From positions 192,001-256,000 of the forward strand of contig CAVYTU010000014.1 in assembly GCA_963771465.1 (NCBI GenBank): a stretch of DNA of 64,000 bases, read 5' to 3'. Numbering within the stretch: the first letter of the stretch is position 1; each line of letters opens with the position of its first letter. A program made the position numbers and the translations under genes. The notes under the pieces were generated by a model. That model was not told the DNA's origin, made no database searches, and saw nothing but the letters and a program-made list of their open reading frames with translations. This DNA comes from an uncultured delta proteobacterium. GTDB taxonomy: Bacteria; Desulfobacterota; Binatia; UBA9968. Of the stretch, positions 40,626 to 50,441 are shown piece after piece.

Positions 40626-41837
40626 CTACGGCCGAGACTTCTGTGTGCGGACAACGCCGGCCTTTTCCAATGCGCCGATTTCGTTCTCGTTATAGCCAAT
40701 GCTTTGCAGCACTTCGACGCTGTGTTCGCCCAGCGCGGGCGCAAAGCGGCGAAAGGTCGGCGGCGTGTCGGACAAACGGAAGGGCGATGCCAGCTGGCGC
40801 ACCTTTCCTTCCAGCGGATGATCGAGCTCCAGCACCATGCCGCGCTCCTTGGCGTACGGCCCTTCGAGCACTTCGTCGAACTCGAGCATCGGCACCACTG
40901 AAATTTCTTTGGGTATAATCGCGAGCCAGTCGTCGCGTGTCTTGGTCAGCATGTGCGTTTTCACTTTGCGAATCATTTCCGCATTACCCGCCGGAACCGT
41001 GTCGCGCATTTCCGGCAACCCGACGGCGTCGCAGAATGGCGCCCAGAAATGCGCCTGCGCGAATGCCGCGCTGCTCAAGTACTTGCCGTCTTTGCAGCGC
41101 AGGTTGCCGATGCTGGGGAAGCCGCGCCGGCGCACTTTCTTATTGCGGAAGTAGTCGGGCACGTTGGCATTCACGAACGCCGTGCCGCCTTCCACGAGAG
41201 CAATGTCGACCTGCTGTCCGCGCCCGGTTTGCTCGCGTGCAAAAAGCGCCGATTGAATCGCGATCACGGCCAACGCCGCCGAATAGCTGTCCACCGGCTG
41301 GCAGAGCATATCCGCCGGCTCACCGTCGTGCCCCGTCATGAGCGCGCTCACCCCGGACATCCCTTGCGCATTGCGCTCGTTGCCGGGCCATTCCGTAAAG
41401 CTGTTGCCGAAGCCGTAGCCGCTAATCGTCGCGTAGATCAAGCGCGGGTTGATCTTGCTCAACCTCTCGTAGTCCGCGCCCAGGCGCCGGTAAACGCCGA
41501 GACGAAACGAGCCGAAAAAGACATCCGCGTCTTTGACCAGCTGGTGAAAGATCGCCTGGCCTTCCGGCTTTTGCAGATTGATGGCAATGCTGCGCTTGTT
41601 CCGGTGCGTATGATCCCAAGCATTCGCCCGCACCTCTTTTTCGCGCGCCTCCTGATTAGCGGTGAAATTTTCTCTCGACCGACGCGCCGCCTGCTGATCG
41701 CGGTAGGCGCTCCGATCAGCGACGTCTTCAATCTTCAGCACATCCATTCCAAGGTCGGCCAGCATCCAAGTCGCCATCGGCCCCGGCACTAACCGGGTCA
41801 GATCGAGCATGCGAAAACGTTCCAAAGGCAGCGTCAT
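40626..41837 (-). CDS. Family III CoA transferase (CaiB/BaiF)
   Basis: LDLTRLVPGP..LADLG.DVLKIE, RNKRSI, NPRLIY, TGRGQ.VD, APALGEH; AGGAGG RBS. Confidence 0.9.
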   Translation of the reverse strand: MTLPLERFRMLDLTRLVPGPMATWMLADLGMDVLKIEDVADRSAYRDQQAARRSRENFTANQEAREKEVRANAWDHTHRNKRSIAINLQKPEGQAIFHQLVKDADVFFGSFRLGVYRRLGADYERLSKINPRLIYATISGYGFGNSFTEWPGNERNAQGMSGVSALMTGHDGEPADMLCQPVDSYSAALAVIAIQSALFAREQTGRGQQVDIALVEGGTAFVNANVPDYFRNKKVRRRGFPSIGNLRCKDGKYLSSAAFAQAHFWAPFCDAVGLPEMRDTVPAGNAEMIRKVKTHMLTKTRDDWLAIIPKEISVVPMLEFDEVLEGPYAKERGMVLELDHPLEGKVRQLASPFRLSDTPPTFRRFAPALGEHSVEVLQSIGYNENEIGALEKAGVVRTQKSRP

Positions 41838-42067
41838 TTCATTGCCTCCTTCTATTTCATCATCGGTACCACAACACACGGTCCCGATGCACGAGAAACC
41901 GCCAACGCACAGAAGACCGCCGTTGAACATATCTTGCAGCTGAGCTATCTAGGCAAAAGCAATGTCGCATGGCGTTGTCACCAATCGCCACGCGGAAATC
42001 TATTGTTTCTGTGAGGCTCACGGTCTTCTGCGTGCACTCGTTTGACCTGGCCAAAGAGAACCCAGTC

Positions 42068-43141
42068 GTGAATGCAGGGAAACGCAAAGTGAGTATCAAC
42101 GCTGGCGCAGTCATGTGCGTATCGGCGTTCTTCCTCTTATGCCAGCCGCACCCGGTTTTGCCGCAGGCGCTCTTTTATCAAGGTAAGACCATCACGGTGG
42201 TCGCTGGCCAGGAGCCGGGAGGGTTGGGAGATTTGCGGCTGAAGTCGATATTACCGTATTTGAAAAAGCATATTCCTGGACAGCCGAATATTGTGACGGA
42301 ATACATGCCTGGCGGCGGCGGCCGAAAGGCCGCGAACTACATCTATCGAACCGCTCGTCCCGACGGCCTGACGCTCGGGTATCCACCGGGCGGCTTCGTC
42401 CGCGCAGCAGCCCTCAATGAAACTGGAGTGGATTACGAGCTCGACAAATTGAATTTTTACGGTACTGCCGAATCCGAGGACCACTATGTGTTTCTCACCA
42501 GACGGGAGTCCAATCTAGGCACATTGGATCGTCTCCGCGCCAGCCCGGGAATACGCATCGGTGCGCAATCGGTGGGCCATGTGATCCATACGCTCGCCCG
42601 ATTGTTCGCGTATATTCTGCGCCTGAACGAGCCTAAATTCATCACCGGATACTCGGGACCCGAGATGGATCAAGCGCTCTTGCGCGGGGAGCTCGACGCC
42701 AGAGTGAACGTCGTCCCTTCGTTGCTGCGGCGCAATCCCGAATGGATCGAAAAAAAACTGGTTGACGTTCACGTCATCTTGCAGATTCCCAAAGCCAGCA
42801 CGCATCCGCGCTTCGCTCATCTGCCCGAGCTCGAATCTTTTGCCAGGACCGATAAGGAACGGCGGTTGCTGGAGATCTATCGGTCCTTCAGTATCGCCGG
42901 CGCGACCTTTATCACTCCGCCGCGCACCCCGCCGGAGCGGGTTCGGATACTGCGCGATGCCATCAGCGCAGCCTATAAGGACCCCGAGTTTTTCAACGAT
43001 TATAAGAAGCTCACCGGCGAGGCGCCTTCCCCGCTCACGCCGGATGAATTCGATGAAGTCCTAAAGAAGCTTCCTCGCGATCCGCAAGATGTGGATCTTT
43101 TCAAAAAAGTCGCGGGCACGGGCCCGCTGCCGCCCCGCTAG
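42068..43141 (+). CDS. Bug/TctC-family tripartite tricarboxylate transporter binding protein
   Basis: FYQGKTI..V...PGG..D, HIPGQPNIV..MPGGGG..AANY, PDGLT, GYSG, RGELD; start uncertain. Confidence 0.85.
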   Translation: MNAGKRKVSINAGAVMCVSAFFLLCQPHPVLPQALFYQGKTITVVAGQEPGGLGDLRLKSILPYLKKHIPGQPNIVTEYMPGGGGRKAANYIYRTARPDGLTLGYPPGGFVRAAALNETGVDYELDKLNFYGTAESEDHYVFLTRRESNLGTLDRLRASPGIRIGAQSVGHVIHTLARLFAYILRLNEPKFITGYSGPEMDQALLRGELDARVNVVPSLLRRNPEWIEKKLVDVHVILQIPKASTHPRFAHLPELESFARTDKERRLLEIYRSFSIAGATFITPPRTPPERVRILRDAISAAYKDPEFFNDYKKLTGEAPSPLTPDEFDEVLKKLPRDPQDVDLFKKVAGTGPLPPR

Positions 43142-43326
43142 ATTTGTCGAAACACGCGTGGCAGATTCGATTGTAGTTGGGGAAAAGGGGTCGGGAGTCT
43201 TCTCACGCATAGCGTGACGCCGCGAGATCGCATCGGCGATGAGCAATAAGTCAATAACTCAGGTACGACCCCGGAACCGACCTCGTGGCACAGAACGATT
43301 TTGTTGACTCAAAGGAGCGCGCGGCA

Positions 43327-43986
43327 ATGAAAGTATTGTCCCTCGTATATCCCGGCATGACCCTTTTGGACTTGGTCGGTCCCATGCAGGCGTGGAGTGT
43401 CTTGGCAGGCTTCGAAGTTCAGTACGCCTGGCACCATTCCGGCTCGGTGCCCACGGACTGCGGCCTCAGCGTGCAAGCGACCCACCGTTTCGAGGATACC
43501 TGGACCGATCCAGACGTCCTCTTTGTCGGCGGCGGCGCGAAGCCGACGTTGGACCTGTTGAGTGATTCCGCCACAATCGCCTTTCTAGCGGATCGCGGAT
43601 CCCGCGCCCGCTGGGTGTGCAGTGTCTGCACCGGCTCGCTGCTGCTCGGGGCGGCTGGACTGTTGCGGGGCTACCGTGCCGCCGTGCACTGGGGTGCCCG
43701 GGAAGCCCTCAGCCAATTTGGCGCCGAGCCCAGCAGCGAACGTGTCTGCGTCGACCGCAATCGACTCACCGGAGGCGGCGTCACAGCGGGCATCGACTTC
43801 GGCATCGCAATGGCCGGGCGATGGGCCGGCCAGAGCATGGGACGAGTCGTCGAGCTGCTCCTGGAATACGCGCCCCAACCGCCGTATGGGACGGGACGTC
43901 CCGAGCTGGCCGATCCGCAAACTTTAGCGGCTGCGCGCACGGCGCTGGAGCAAGCGATGACCGGTGTTTCCGCACAGAGTAAATAG
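43327..43986 (+). CDS. DJ-1/PfpI-family protein (isonitrile hydratase-like)
   Basis: LLDLVGP, SVCTGSLLLGAAGLL.GY, TGGGVTAGIDF, LEYAPQPP..G.PE. Confidence 0.9.
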   Translation: MKVLSLVYPGMTLLDLVGPMQAWSVLAGFEVQYAWHHSGSVPTDCGLSVQATHRFEDTWTDPDVLFVGGGAKPTLDLLSDSATIAFLADRGSRARWVCSVCTGSLLLGAAGLLRGYRAAVHWGAREALSQFGAEPSSERVCVDRNRLTGGGVTAGIDFGIAMAGRWAGQSMGRVVELLLEYAPQPPYGTGRPELADPQTLAAARTALEQAMTGVSAQSK

Positions 43987-44521
43987 CGGCGACCGTAATT
44001 GAAAAAATCCAATCGATAAAGACACCCCAGTTGTTGAGTACAATCCTCCCTTCCCAAAAGAGAAGAAGATGTAATCGGCAACGGCTTCCGCACCGCTGGG
44101 CGTGCTCAACTCCTCCGAACGGCCAGCAGAACAACTTGACTGTGCATCAAACGTCGCATTCTACGGCTCGGGTTGTGCAGGTGGCATTTGCCGATATTAA
44201 TATCCGCAAAAAGCTAGTCAGCGTGATTTTACGCCTTCAACCGATTTCCGTCTCACGCCTATGGACCCCAGCTTTTTCATCCTTGAGGAGCTAGAACCGG
44301 GAGACACAGAAAACGAACTTGATTTTAGATCAAGCGGCCATTGCATGATGGAACTAAAGTTTTTCCTGACGCCTTAAGAACATCGCGAAGAAGCTTGGCA
44401 GATTCGATTGGCCCTAAAGCCGTCCGGTTGGCGAAAGATTCAACCGTACGGAAAGTATCTCGGCCGAATGGCATGAATTCGGTCAGGTGAGCGGCCTCGC
44501 AATAAACAGGGAGGATGTCTT

Positions 44522-44571
44522 AAATTCTCCACTATCCATTCTCAATTATGCATTCTCCGTTAGTCCATTAT
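44522..44571. repeat. Degenerate heptamer tandem repeat, copy 3
   Basis: aaattct-ccactat-ccattct-caattat-gcattct... Confidence 0.7.
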
Positions 44572-44589
44572 TCGTACCCGACGATCGAA

Positions 44590-45027
44590 TTATCCATTAT
44601 TCGTTAACGGGTGCGGTCGCGCCGCCATCGTGCCGCCGCTGCCGTAGGGTCGCGTGATCGCTTCGAGAATATGACCGTTGGGATCTTCGAAGTAGACGCC
44701 GCGGCCACCATCCCACTGGTTGATCTGGTCGCGCTGGCTGCGACTGGGATCGGCCCAATAGGGCAAGTGCCGTTCTCGAATGCGCGCAAAGATCTCGTCG
44801 AATTCGGCCTCAGTTACCAGGAAGGCGTAATGCTCAGAAACGATCTCGCCATCGGCGCCTCGGTACTCTTTAACATTCATATAATCCAGCGAGGTGTCGC
44901 CTACCGTTACGATCGCAAACGGCCCTAACCGCAGCGGAGGCGGCAGACCGAGTATCTCGGCTAAGAATTTGCTCGACGCTTCATGGTCATGCGCGGCGAC
45001 AATTGTGTGATTCAGACGAACGGCCAT
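44590..45027 (-). CDS. VOC/glyoxalase-family protein
   Basis: LNHTIV, HYAFLV, GGRGVYFEDPNGH.LE.ITRPYG. Confidence 0.9.
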   Translation of the reverse strand: MAVRLNHTIVAAHDHEASSKFLAEILGLPPPLRLGPFAIVTVGDTSLDYMNVKEYRGADGEIVSEHYAFLVTEAEFDEIFARIRERHLPYWADPSRSQRDQINQWDGGRGVYFEDPNGHILEAITRPYGSGGTMAARPHPLTNNG

Positions 45028-45200
45028 GATCACGCTCCTTTCTTGGCATTGGGGTTCGTTGTGAAGACTTGTTCAAGCGATCGGCGAAATCGCAATCAAG
45101 CTCGCCCTGGCGCAGAGCGCGCACAGGTGCGAATATTTCCACCGATCGCGCAGTTCGGTCCAATCCTGCGCAGTTTTTTGGTTCGTTTGGCTGAGTACCG

Positions 45201-45245
45201 AAAGAAATATATCCCGCGCCGGCCTCTCTCCCAGCGCGGGATATA
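45201..45245 (-). terminator. Rho-independent terminator
   Basis: 12-bp stem TATATCCCGCGC/GCGCGGGATATA followed by TTTCTTT on the minus strand, just after the stop at 45257. Confidence 0.65.
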
Positions 45246-45256
45246 ACCCGGCTTCT

Positions 45257-45470
45257 TCAATGCATTTCCTTTGCCGTTTGCTCGGCTTGCGCGCGCATCC
45301 GCTCCTCTTGCGCTCTTAGCTCCGGTGTAAACTCAGCGCCGAAATCTTCAGCTTCGAAAATTTGGCGAATCTCCACTTCACCTTCCTGGAAAGGTTTGCG
45401 TTTCGCCCATGCGGTCGCCTCTTCCCACGACTCGCACTTCCACAACCAGTAACCGGCAATCAAATCCTTT
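45257..45470 (-). pseudogene. YciI-family protein, 3' remnant
   Basis: KDLIAGYWLW...EEA..WAKR.P...EVEIRQIFEAEDFG..FTPELR.QEER; N-terminal half absent. Confidence 0.75.
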
Positions 45471-45739
45471 GGCGCGCGCAATCTCTTCACGACAGAAGCA
45501 ACACTGCGGCGCGTAACAAAGCACGTCAAAGAGTAGCGAATCAGCTACTGATGCGTGAACGCAAATTTGATTGCCACAACCAGCGAGTAAATGACGGTTG
45601 GAGTTCGGATCGTTCTTTTAGAGGCGGCTTTCCAGCGTCAAAAGTGGCCTTCTAAGCGCTTTTACGAAGCCTTTTCTGCTAGTTTAGATTTCTAAATCAA
45701 GAAGTTGCCGCGGTCCGACCCCCAGCCCGTTAGACTCAA

Positions 45740-46386
45740 CTAACCTGCCTCCACGTTCTTATAATAGCGATCGATCGTGTGCTGCCAAGCCGGACGCGCC
45801 AGACACCGATCACGATAGTTCCTAAGATTGCTGTATGGCTGGAGCAGACTGTCGTCCTTGATTCCAGCGAGTACGTGCGACATCAAAATGTCAGCTACGG
45901 TGAAGCTATCCGTAGCAACGTACTGGCGGCGATCAAGCCACCGCTCCAGGTTAGAAAGGTGACGGGTAGCCCAACCGACCAAAAACTCCCGGTGCTTGCG
46001 GCATCCATCATCCTTGGTCCAGTCAATCATCAAAATGCTCATCAGTGGAATTTCAACCGAATTCATAGCGGCGAAACACCAACGTATTACTTGCGATTCT
46101 CCAACGAAGTCGCTCGGGATCAGTTTCCCCGTCTTCTTTGCGAGATAAATCAAAATGGCGGCCGATTCAGACAGTACCACACCATCATCATCGATAACTG
46201 GGATTTGCTCGAAAGGACTGTCCTGCGGTACGCGTCAGTGTTCAGGTCATGCGCCGGATGATCCATTCCCACTAGTTCGAACGGGATCTGTATTTCCTCG
46301 AGCGCCCACAGAATCCGGAGATCGCGGGAGTTGCCCCGGGCTACCGCGTTGACCTTCTTAAAACCATAGAGCTTCAGCATAGTCAT
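45740..46386 (-). CDS. Glutathione S-transferase, frameshifted at ~46220
   Basis: SRDLRILWALEE..HPAHDL, then SPFEQIPVIDDDG.VLSESAAI and FTVADI; one base missing. Confidence 0.85.
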
Positions 46387-46621
46387 ACCTCAATTGAGTT
46401 GAACGGTATTCTTCTGGCCTGCCGCCGCCGCCGTGTCGGGACGGCGCGCCAGCTGAACGTGGGAAGCGCTGCGAGTGCGCGATGCTGAGCTTTGCGGCCT
46501 AACCATTGAGTATACGGACCAGTATATTACGGATTCCAAAAATCACTGTAGCCCGACTTTTATCAATGACTGAAAGATATTAGTCTAAATTTTACGAAAA
46601 CCCGATAAATTTTTTTGCTTC

Positions 46622-46895
46622 TGGCAAAGTAATGGCAAAGTAGACGGCGAAAATGGACTTCCGCAACGAGAGCAAAATCTAACTGGTTGGATTTAAAGAA
46701 GTAAAAAATGTGGCCAGGGACGGGATTGAACCGCCGACACGAGGATTTTCAGTCCTCTGATAGTACCGGGACTATATGTCACCATCGGTCGCTATATGCA
46801 TGAATCCAAGCGTTTGACGCACGTCTAGCATGCTCGATTTTACCGATTCGAACACATAGAGACATATAGTTCTGGCAAAGTTGTGACAAAGTGGC
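46622..46895. mobile_element. Integrative-element att junction: tRNA-Phe 3' core flanked on both sides by TGGCAAAGT arm-like repeats
   Basis: Repeats at 46622, 46633, 46873 and 46884 around the tRNA fragment. Confidence 0.75.
46710..46759 (-). tRNA. tRNA-Phe(GAA) 3' fragment (not a functional tRNA)
   Basis: Minus strand reads CAGAGGACTGAAAATCCTCGTGTCGGCGGTTCAATCCCGTCCCTGGCCAC: anticodon arm, T arm and 3' acceptor strand; D arm and 5' acceptor missing. Confidence 0.88.
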
Positions 46896-46947
46896 CGGTT
46901 GGCACGGCTACCAGCTTGCTTATGCTGCCTGGTCCATCAAAGTTGCT

Positions 46948-47580
46948 TCAGAATACTGGAGCAGCACTTTCTGCGGGTTCCCAATCGTGAATCAGCACTG
47001 CTATTGCTCTGCCATGAAAGGTATTTAGAAATTGTTTGCGATGCGTTTCGGTCAGCCCGGTCTGCGCTATCAACGTCTCGCGTAGCGGGTGGTGGCTGTC
47101 GATCAGAAACTCATTACGGGTGTGGAGGCGCTCAAGAAGCCGAATGTTTGGTACCCTAGCGGATTTTCCATCAATTCCCCGGTTACAGCGTCGACACGCC
47201 AACACTAGATTCCACACCCCGTCAATTGGTTCGGCTGCGAATCCGACAGCCTTCAGGATATGAGGAAAAAAATGGTCCACATCGGGCGCTATCAAGCTGA
47301 TAAGCGAAATTGTATCGAAGCATTAAAAACAATGGCCTTTTTGATAGCCACTGAGAGCACTACGTGCGCCTGTGATTGCTTTTCGCCTTAGTGATCGGTC
47401 AAAGACAAACAAGCTCTCAGTTGTTGGATCATGTCCTACCGTCACTAAAGCTCGTGAGACACCAAGTTCCCATGCCGTTTCCACCAGCCGCCACCGGGAT
47501 TCAGTCTCGTCGGGGAGATTCACAGCCTGGTGATTCTCCAACAGCTTCCAGAACGCGTCCGTTATCCGAATTCCCCAGCG
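46948..47580 (-). pseudogene. HNH endonuclease pseudogene
   Basis: RWRLVETAWEL..YQKGHCF*CF..DVDHFFP..NLVLACRRCN; in-frame TAA at 47323-47325; 5' truncated. Confidence 0.8.
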
Positions 47581-47672
47581 GTCATGCTGTTTTGCCGCAG
47601 GCGGACGCCGTGCGGAACGTCTGATATTCAGTCAGCGGAGAAGTTCGCATTCGATATCCGCCAGCGGACGAA

Positions 47673-47749
47673 GGGGCCGGCCTGAGTGACCTGTGAACTC
47701 CCAGAAGCCGCAATGGCTGGCCCGGTCGGCTGCAGCAGCTTGTTCGGCC
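47673..47749 (-). mobile_element. Truncated integron attC-like site
   Basis: GCCGAACAAGCTGCTGCAGCCGACCGGGCC...GGCCGGCCCC downstream of the dioxygenase; the distal GTTRRRY end is missing. Confidence 0.55.
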
Positions 47750-47821
47750 TGCCTTATCCCCGTGGCATAGGTTGGAGTTGACTCACCGGGACCTTTTCAT
47801 CCTCCAACATGACGCCCTTGA

Positions 47822-48700
47822 TCATGCGCGGGTCAATACGAAGTCGTAGTCCATCGTGTGGAACGGGCGATCCATCTGGCGGCCGTCAGGCGCCTTACCG
47901 GGCTGATGCCGCGGAAAGTCTGCGATCAGCCCGTCCCGTACCGAAAAGGCAGCGTCCCGGTCGAGGTACTCACTGCCGCGCACGCAGATTTGCGTCACCA
48001 GGGTGTCGTGGCCATCGGCCTCGATCATGAAGTGAACGTGCGCCGGCCGCCAGCCCCCGTTCGAGGTATACTTGACCAGGTCGCCCATCCCCCCGTCATT
48101 CGGGACTGGATAGCCGATGGGGACGACCGTCCAGAACGAATAGCGACCGTCCGGCTCGCTCTTCAATTGCCCCCGCGTCCGCGTTCCGTCCTTGGCCAGG
48201 TCACCCTGCACGTCGTACAGTCCCCGCCCGTCCGATTGCCAGACGTTGATGGTCGCGTTTGGAACAGGCCGACGATCGATCGCGAGAATACACCCCGAGA
48301 CGTAGAGAGGCTCGCCCGCGACGTCTTCGGCGATGTCGGCGCCGTTCGCGAAAGAGGGTGCGTTCGGAAGGAAGAACGGTCCGAGCACGCCCGGCAGCGT
48401 CGCGCCTTCCGGCTTCGGCTGCGATATCTGGATCACCAGGGTTTCGAGCCCGAGCATCTCGGCGAGCGCGAGGAATTCCTGCCTGCCGCCCTTGCAGTAC
48501 CCGCCCAGCTGGACCAGATAGTTCATCGCGAAGAGGTACTCGTCGCCGGTCAGCCGCACGTCGCGCGCAAAGCCATGCAGATGCTTGATCAGGCTCAAGA
48601 TGATCTCGCGCAGGCGGGGGCCCGTCGTAGCTTGGTAGCGGGTTAGCGCTTCCTTCGTGATCGCCTCTTCGGCAGCGGCATTTTTCCCTTCCGTAGTCAT
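47822..48700 (-). CDS. Intradiol ring-cleavage dioxygenase (hydroxyquinol 1,2-dioxygenase-like)
   Basis: LIKHLHGF, RQEF, VLGPF, G.YDVQ, GYPVP.DG, RPAHVH (Tyr, Tyr, His, His Fe ligands); GGAGG RBS. Confidence 0.92.
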   Translation of the reverse strand: MTTEGKNAAAEEAITKEALTRYQATTGPRLREIILSLIKHLHGFARDVRLTGDEYLFAMNYLVQLGGYCKGGRQEFLALAEMLGLETLVIQISQPKPEGATLPGVLGPFFLPNAPSFANGADIAEDVAGEPLYVSGCILAIDRRPVPNATINVWQSDGRGLYDVQGDLAKDGTRTRGQLKSEPDGRYSFWTVVPIGYPVPNDGGMGDLVKYTSNGGWRPAHVHFMIEADGHDTLVTQICVRGSEYLDRDAAFSVRDGLIADFPRHQPGKAPDGRQMDRPFHTMDYDFVLTRA

Positions 48701-49027
48701 GAACGTGTCCTCCGATTGTTGGTGACGGTTTTCAGGGCCGCTTCCACCTCACTCAACTCCTCGCCGTAAAAGTGGTTCTCAACGGCCGCCTAGTTCGGCA
48801 TCTGGTTGTCTCCATACTTGCTTTCCGTGGCAGGGTTTCGGGCGAACCATTGAGTGAACAGATCTCGTATATCGGGTATCCGACAATGATCAATACAAAA
48901 TTTACCCTCGAAATCAAAGGTTTGTCAATTATTACTTCCGCTTATGTATCCAATATCACTGGTCTCGTATATTCAATATACGAGCACGAGCAACACTTAA
49001 TTTGCGCAGAATTTAATTGATCGAGTG

Positions 49028-49516
49028 CTAGCGAGAAATGAAGCTGCCTATTCTTCGGCTCAGTATCGCCGCATTAGCAAGATCTTCGGGGTCGTACATC
49101 GGAAACTGCAAACACTGCGCTATACTCGGATTCAACAGTGCCGGATTACAGGCTTCTCTGAAAATAACGGTAAGCTCTTCCAAAGGGCGGTTCTGCACCC
49201 ACCAGTCAACCTCGTATTTGACCCACTGAGAACGAGTGGCCGCCCGTGACGCGACCAAGAAGAGCGCTTGCGATTCGCCCAGGAGCCGCTCGATGTCACG
49301 CGCATAGGCATTCGCAAAGACATGAGCGTTCGAACCGTCAGCCTTGTGGCCACGGCCGAAATTCTCATAGTCCATGAAGACGTACTGATTAAACCCACGA
49401 TCGACCACCGCCTCGATAGCGGGCAGGATCAACTGGCGGCAGTAACCCGCGTCGACAAGAGGATGGCTAACGAAGAACCCTGCAAATGCTAGTTCTTGTC
49501 CTTGAGGCGCGGCCAT
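49028..49516 (-). CDS. Stand-alone TIR-domain protein
   Basis: FFVSH, VFMD, I...L..S..L.LV.S.AA..SQWV.YEV (catalytic Glu position). Confidence 0.75.
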   Translation of the reverse strand: MAAPQGQELAFAGFFVSHPLVDAGYCRQLILPAIEAVVDRGFNQYVFMDYENFGRGHKADGSNAHVFANAYARDIERLLGESQALFLVASRAATRSQWVKYEVDWWVQNRPLEELTVIFREACNPALLNPSIAQCLQFPMYDPEDLANAAILSRRIGSFISR

Positions 49517-49572
49517 AGTTTTTCTAACTTTTAACCTCGCATAGGGATCGGCAAGCTAGAGCCATGCGGGGA

Positions 49573-50412
49573 TCACGGCCGCTGCAGCGTGAACTCGAAC
49601 TCCTGGCGCCGCGCTTTGGCGTTGGCTTCTCTGAATTGTTCCTGCGACTTGTAGGCGATGTGAGGGAGCAGTTTGCCTCTGACACTGACTCGCAGCGGCG
49701 ATTGATCGAACGGATAGGGCTCGACCACGACGGTTTTGGGATCCACGGCGCGCAGATTGATTTCCGTGTCTTCGGCGCCGGGGCGAACCGGAGTCGGTTT
49801 GACCGACGGGCCGTAGTAGCCCTTACCTGCGGTATGGGCGCCGGTGGCGGGCACGGTCGTGATATCGAAATTGGCGCAGAAAAAGAGCGACAACCGGTCG
49901 AATACCTGCATCATGAGATAGTTGAACCAAATCTGCTCCTGGCTATCCACGCCGGCGTACTGTTCGCTCTTCCTGATTTTTTCGATCAGCACTTGGTGAG
50001 TAGGTTCGCGCTCGGCTATAAAGCGATGAGAGAACTCGTCCTGGCGGTCCGCCATGGACGGCATCGTCCCATAGCGCTTTTGCGGCAGACCGACTCCGTG
50101 CATGCTCACCATCAAACCCGCGTAGAGATCCCGGCCAATGACGTTGTCGATGCCTCTTCCGTAGAAGCCCGATCTAATTTCGCGGGGAGTTCGGGTGAAA
50201 GGCAGCGGCACGCCTTGTTCGTCCACCGACGGGTAAACGTCCCAATCCCACCAGCCGTTGTCGTGGGCTTCGGCCGCCAGCACCATGGACTGGTAGGGCT
50301 TCAACGGGGCGAATTCCTGGTTCCCCTAGTGAGCGGCAAACTGCCCGGCGAGATCGCCGTGATCATTCTGCGTAATCATCCGATAGTGCTCGTTACTTTC
50401 GGCAATAATCAT
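49573..50412 (-). pseudogene. DUF3891-family protein with internal TAG at 50326-50328
   Basis: GGAGGAG RBS; MII..ITQNDHGDLAGQFAAH*GN..AAEAHDNGW..SMH..DRLSL..C..PYPF. Confidence 0.75.
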
Positions 50413-50441
50413 GACAGCTCCTCCTGCGCCCTCGCGCATCT

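Noticed and set aside
43990-44520. Possible gene or RNA in the long gap after the DJ-1 gene
   Set aside because: No recognisable ORF, repeat or convincing structure by eye
46710-46790. Complete tRNA-Phe gene
   Set aside because: No D arm or 5' acceptor strand; it is an att-type fragment
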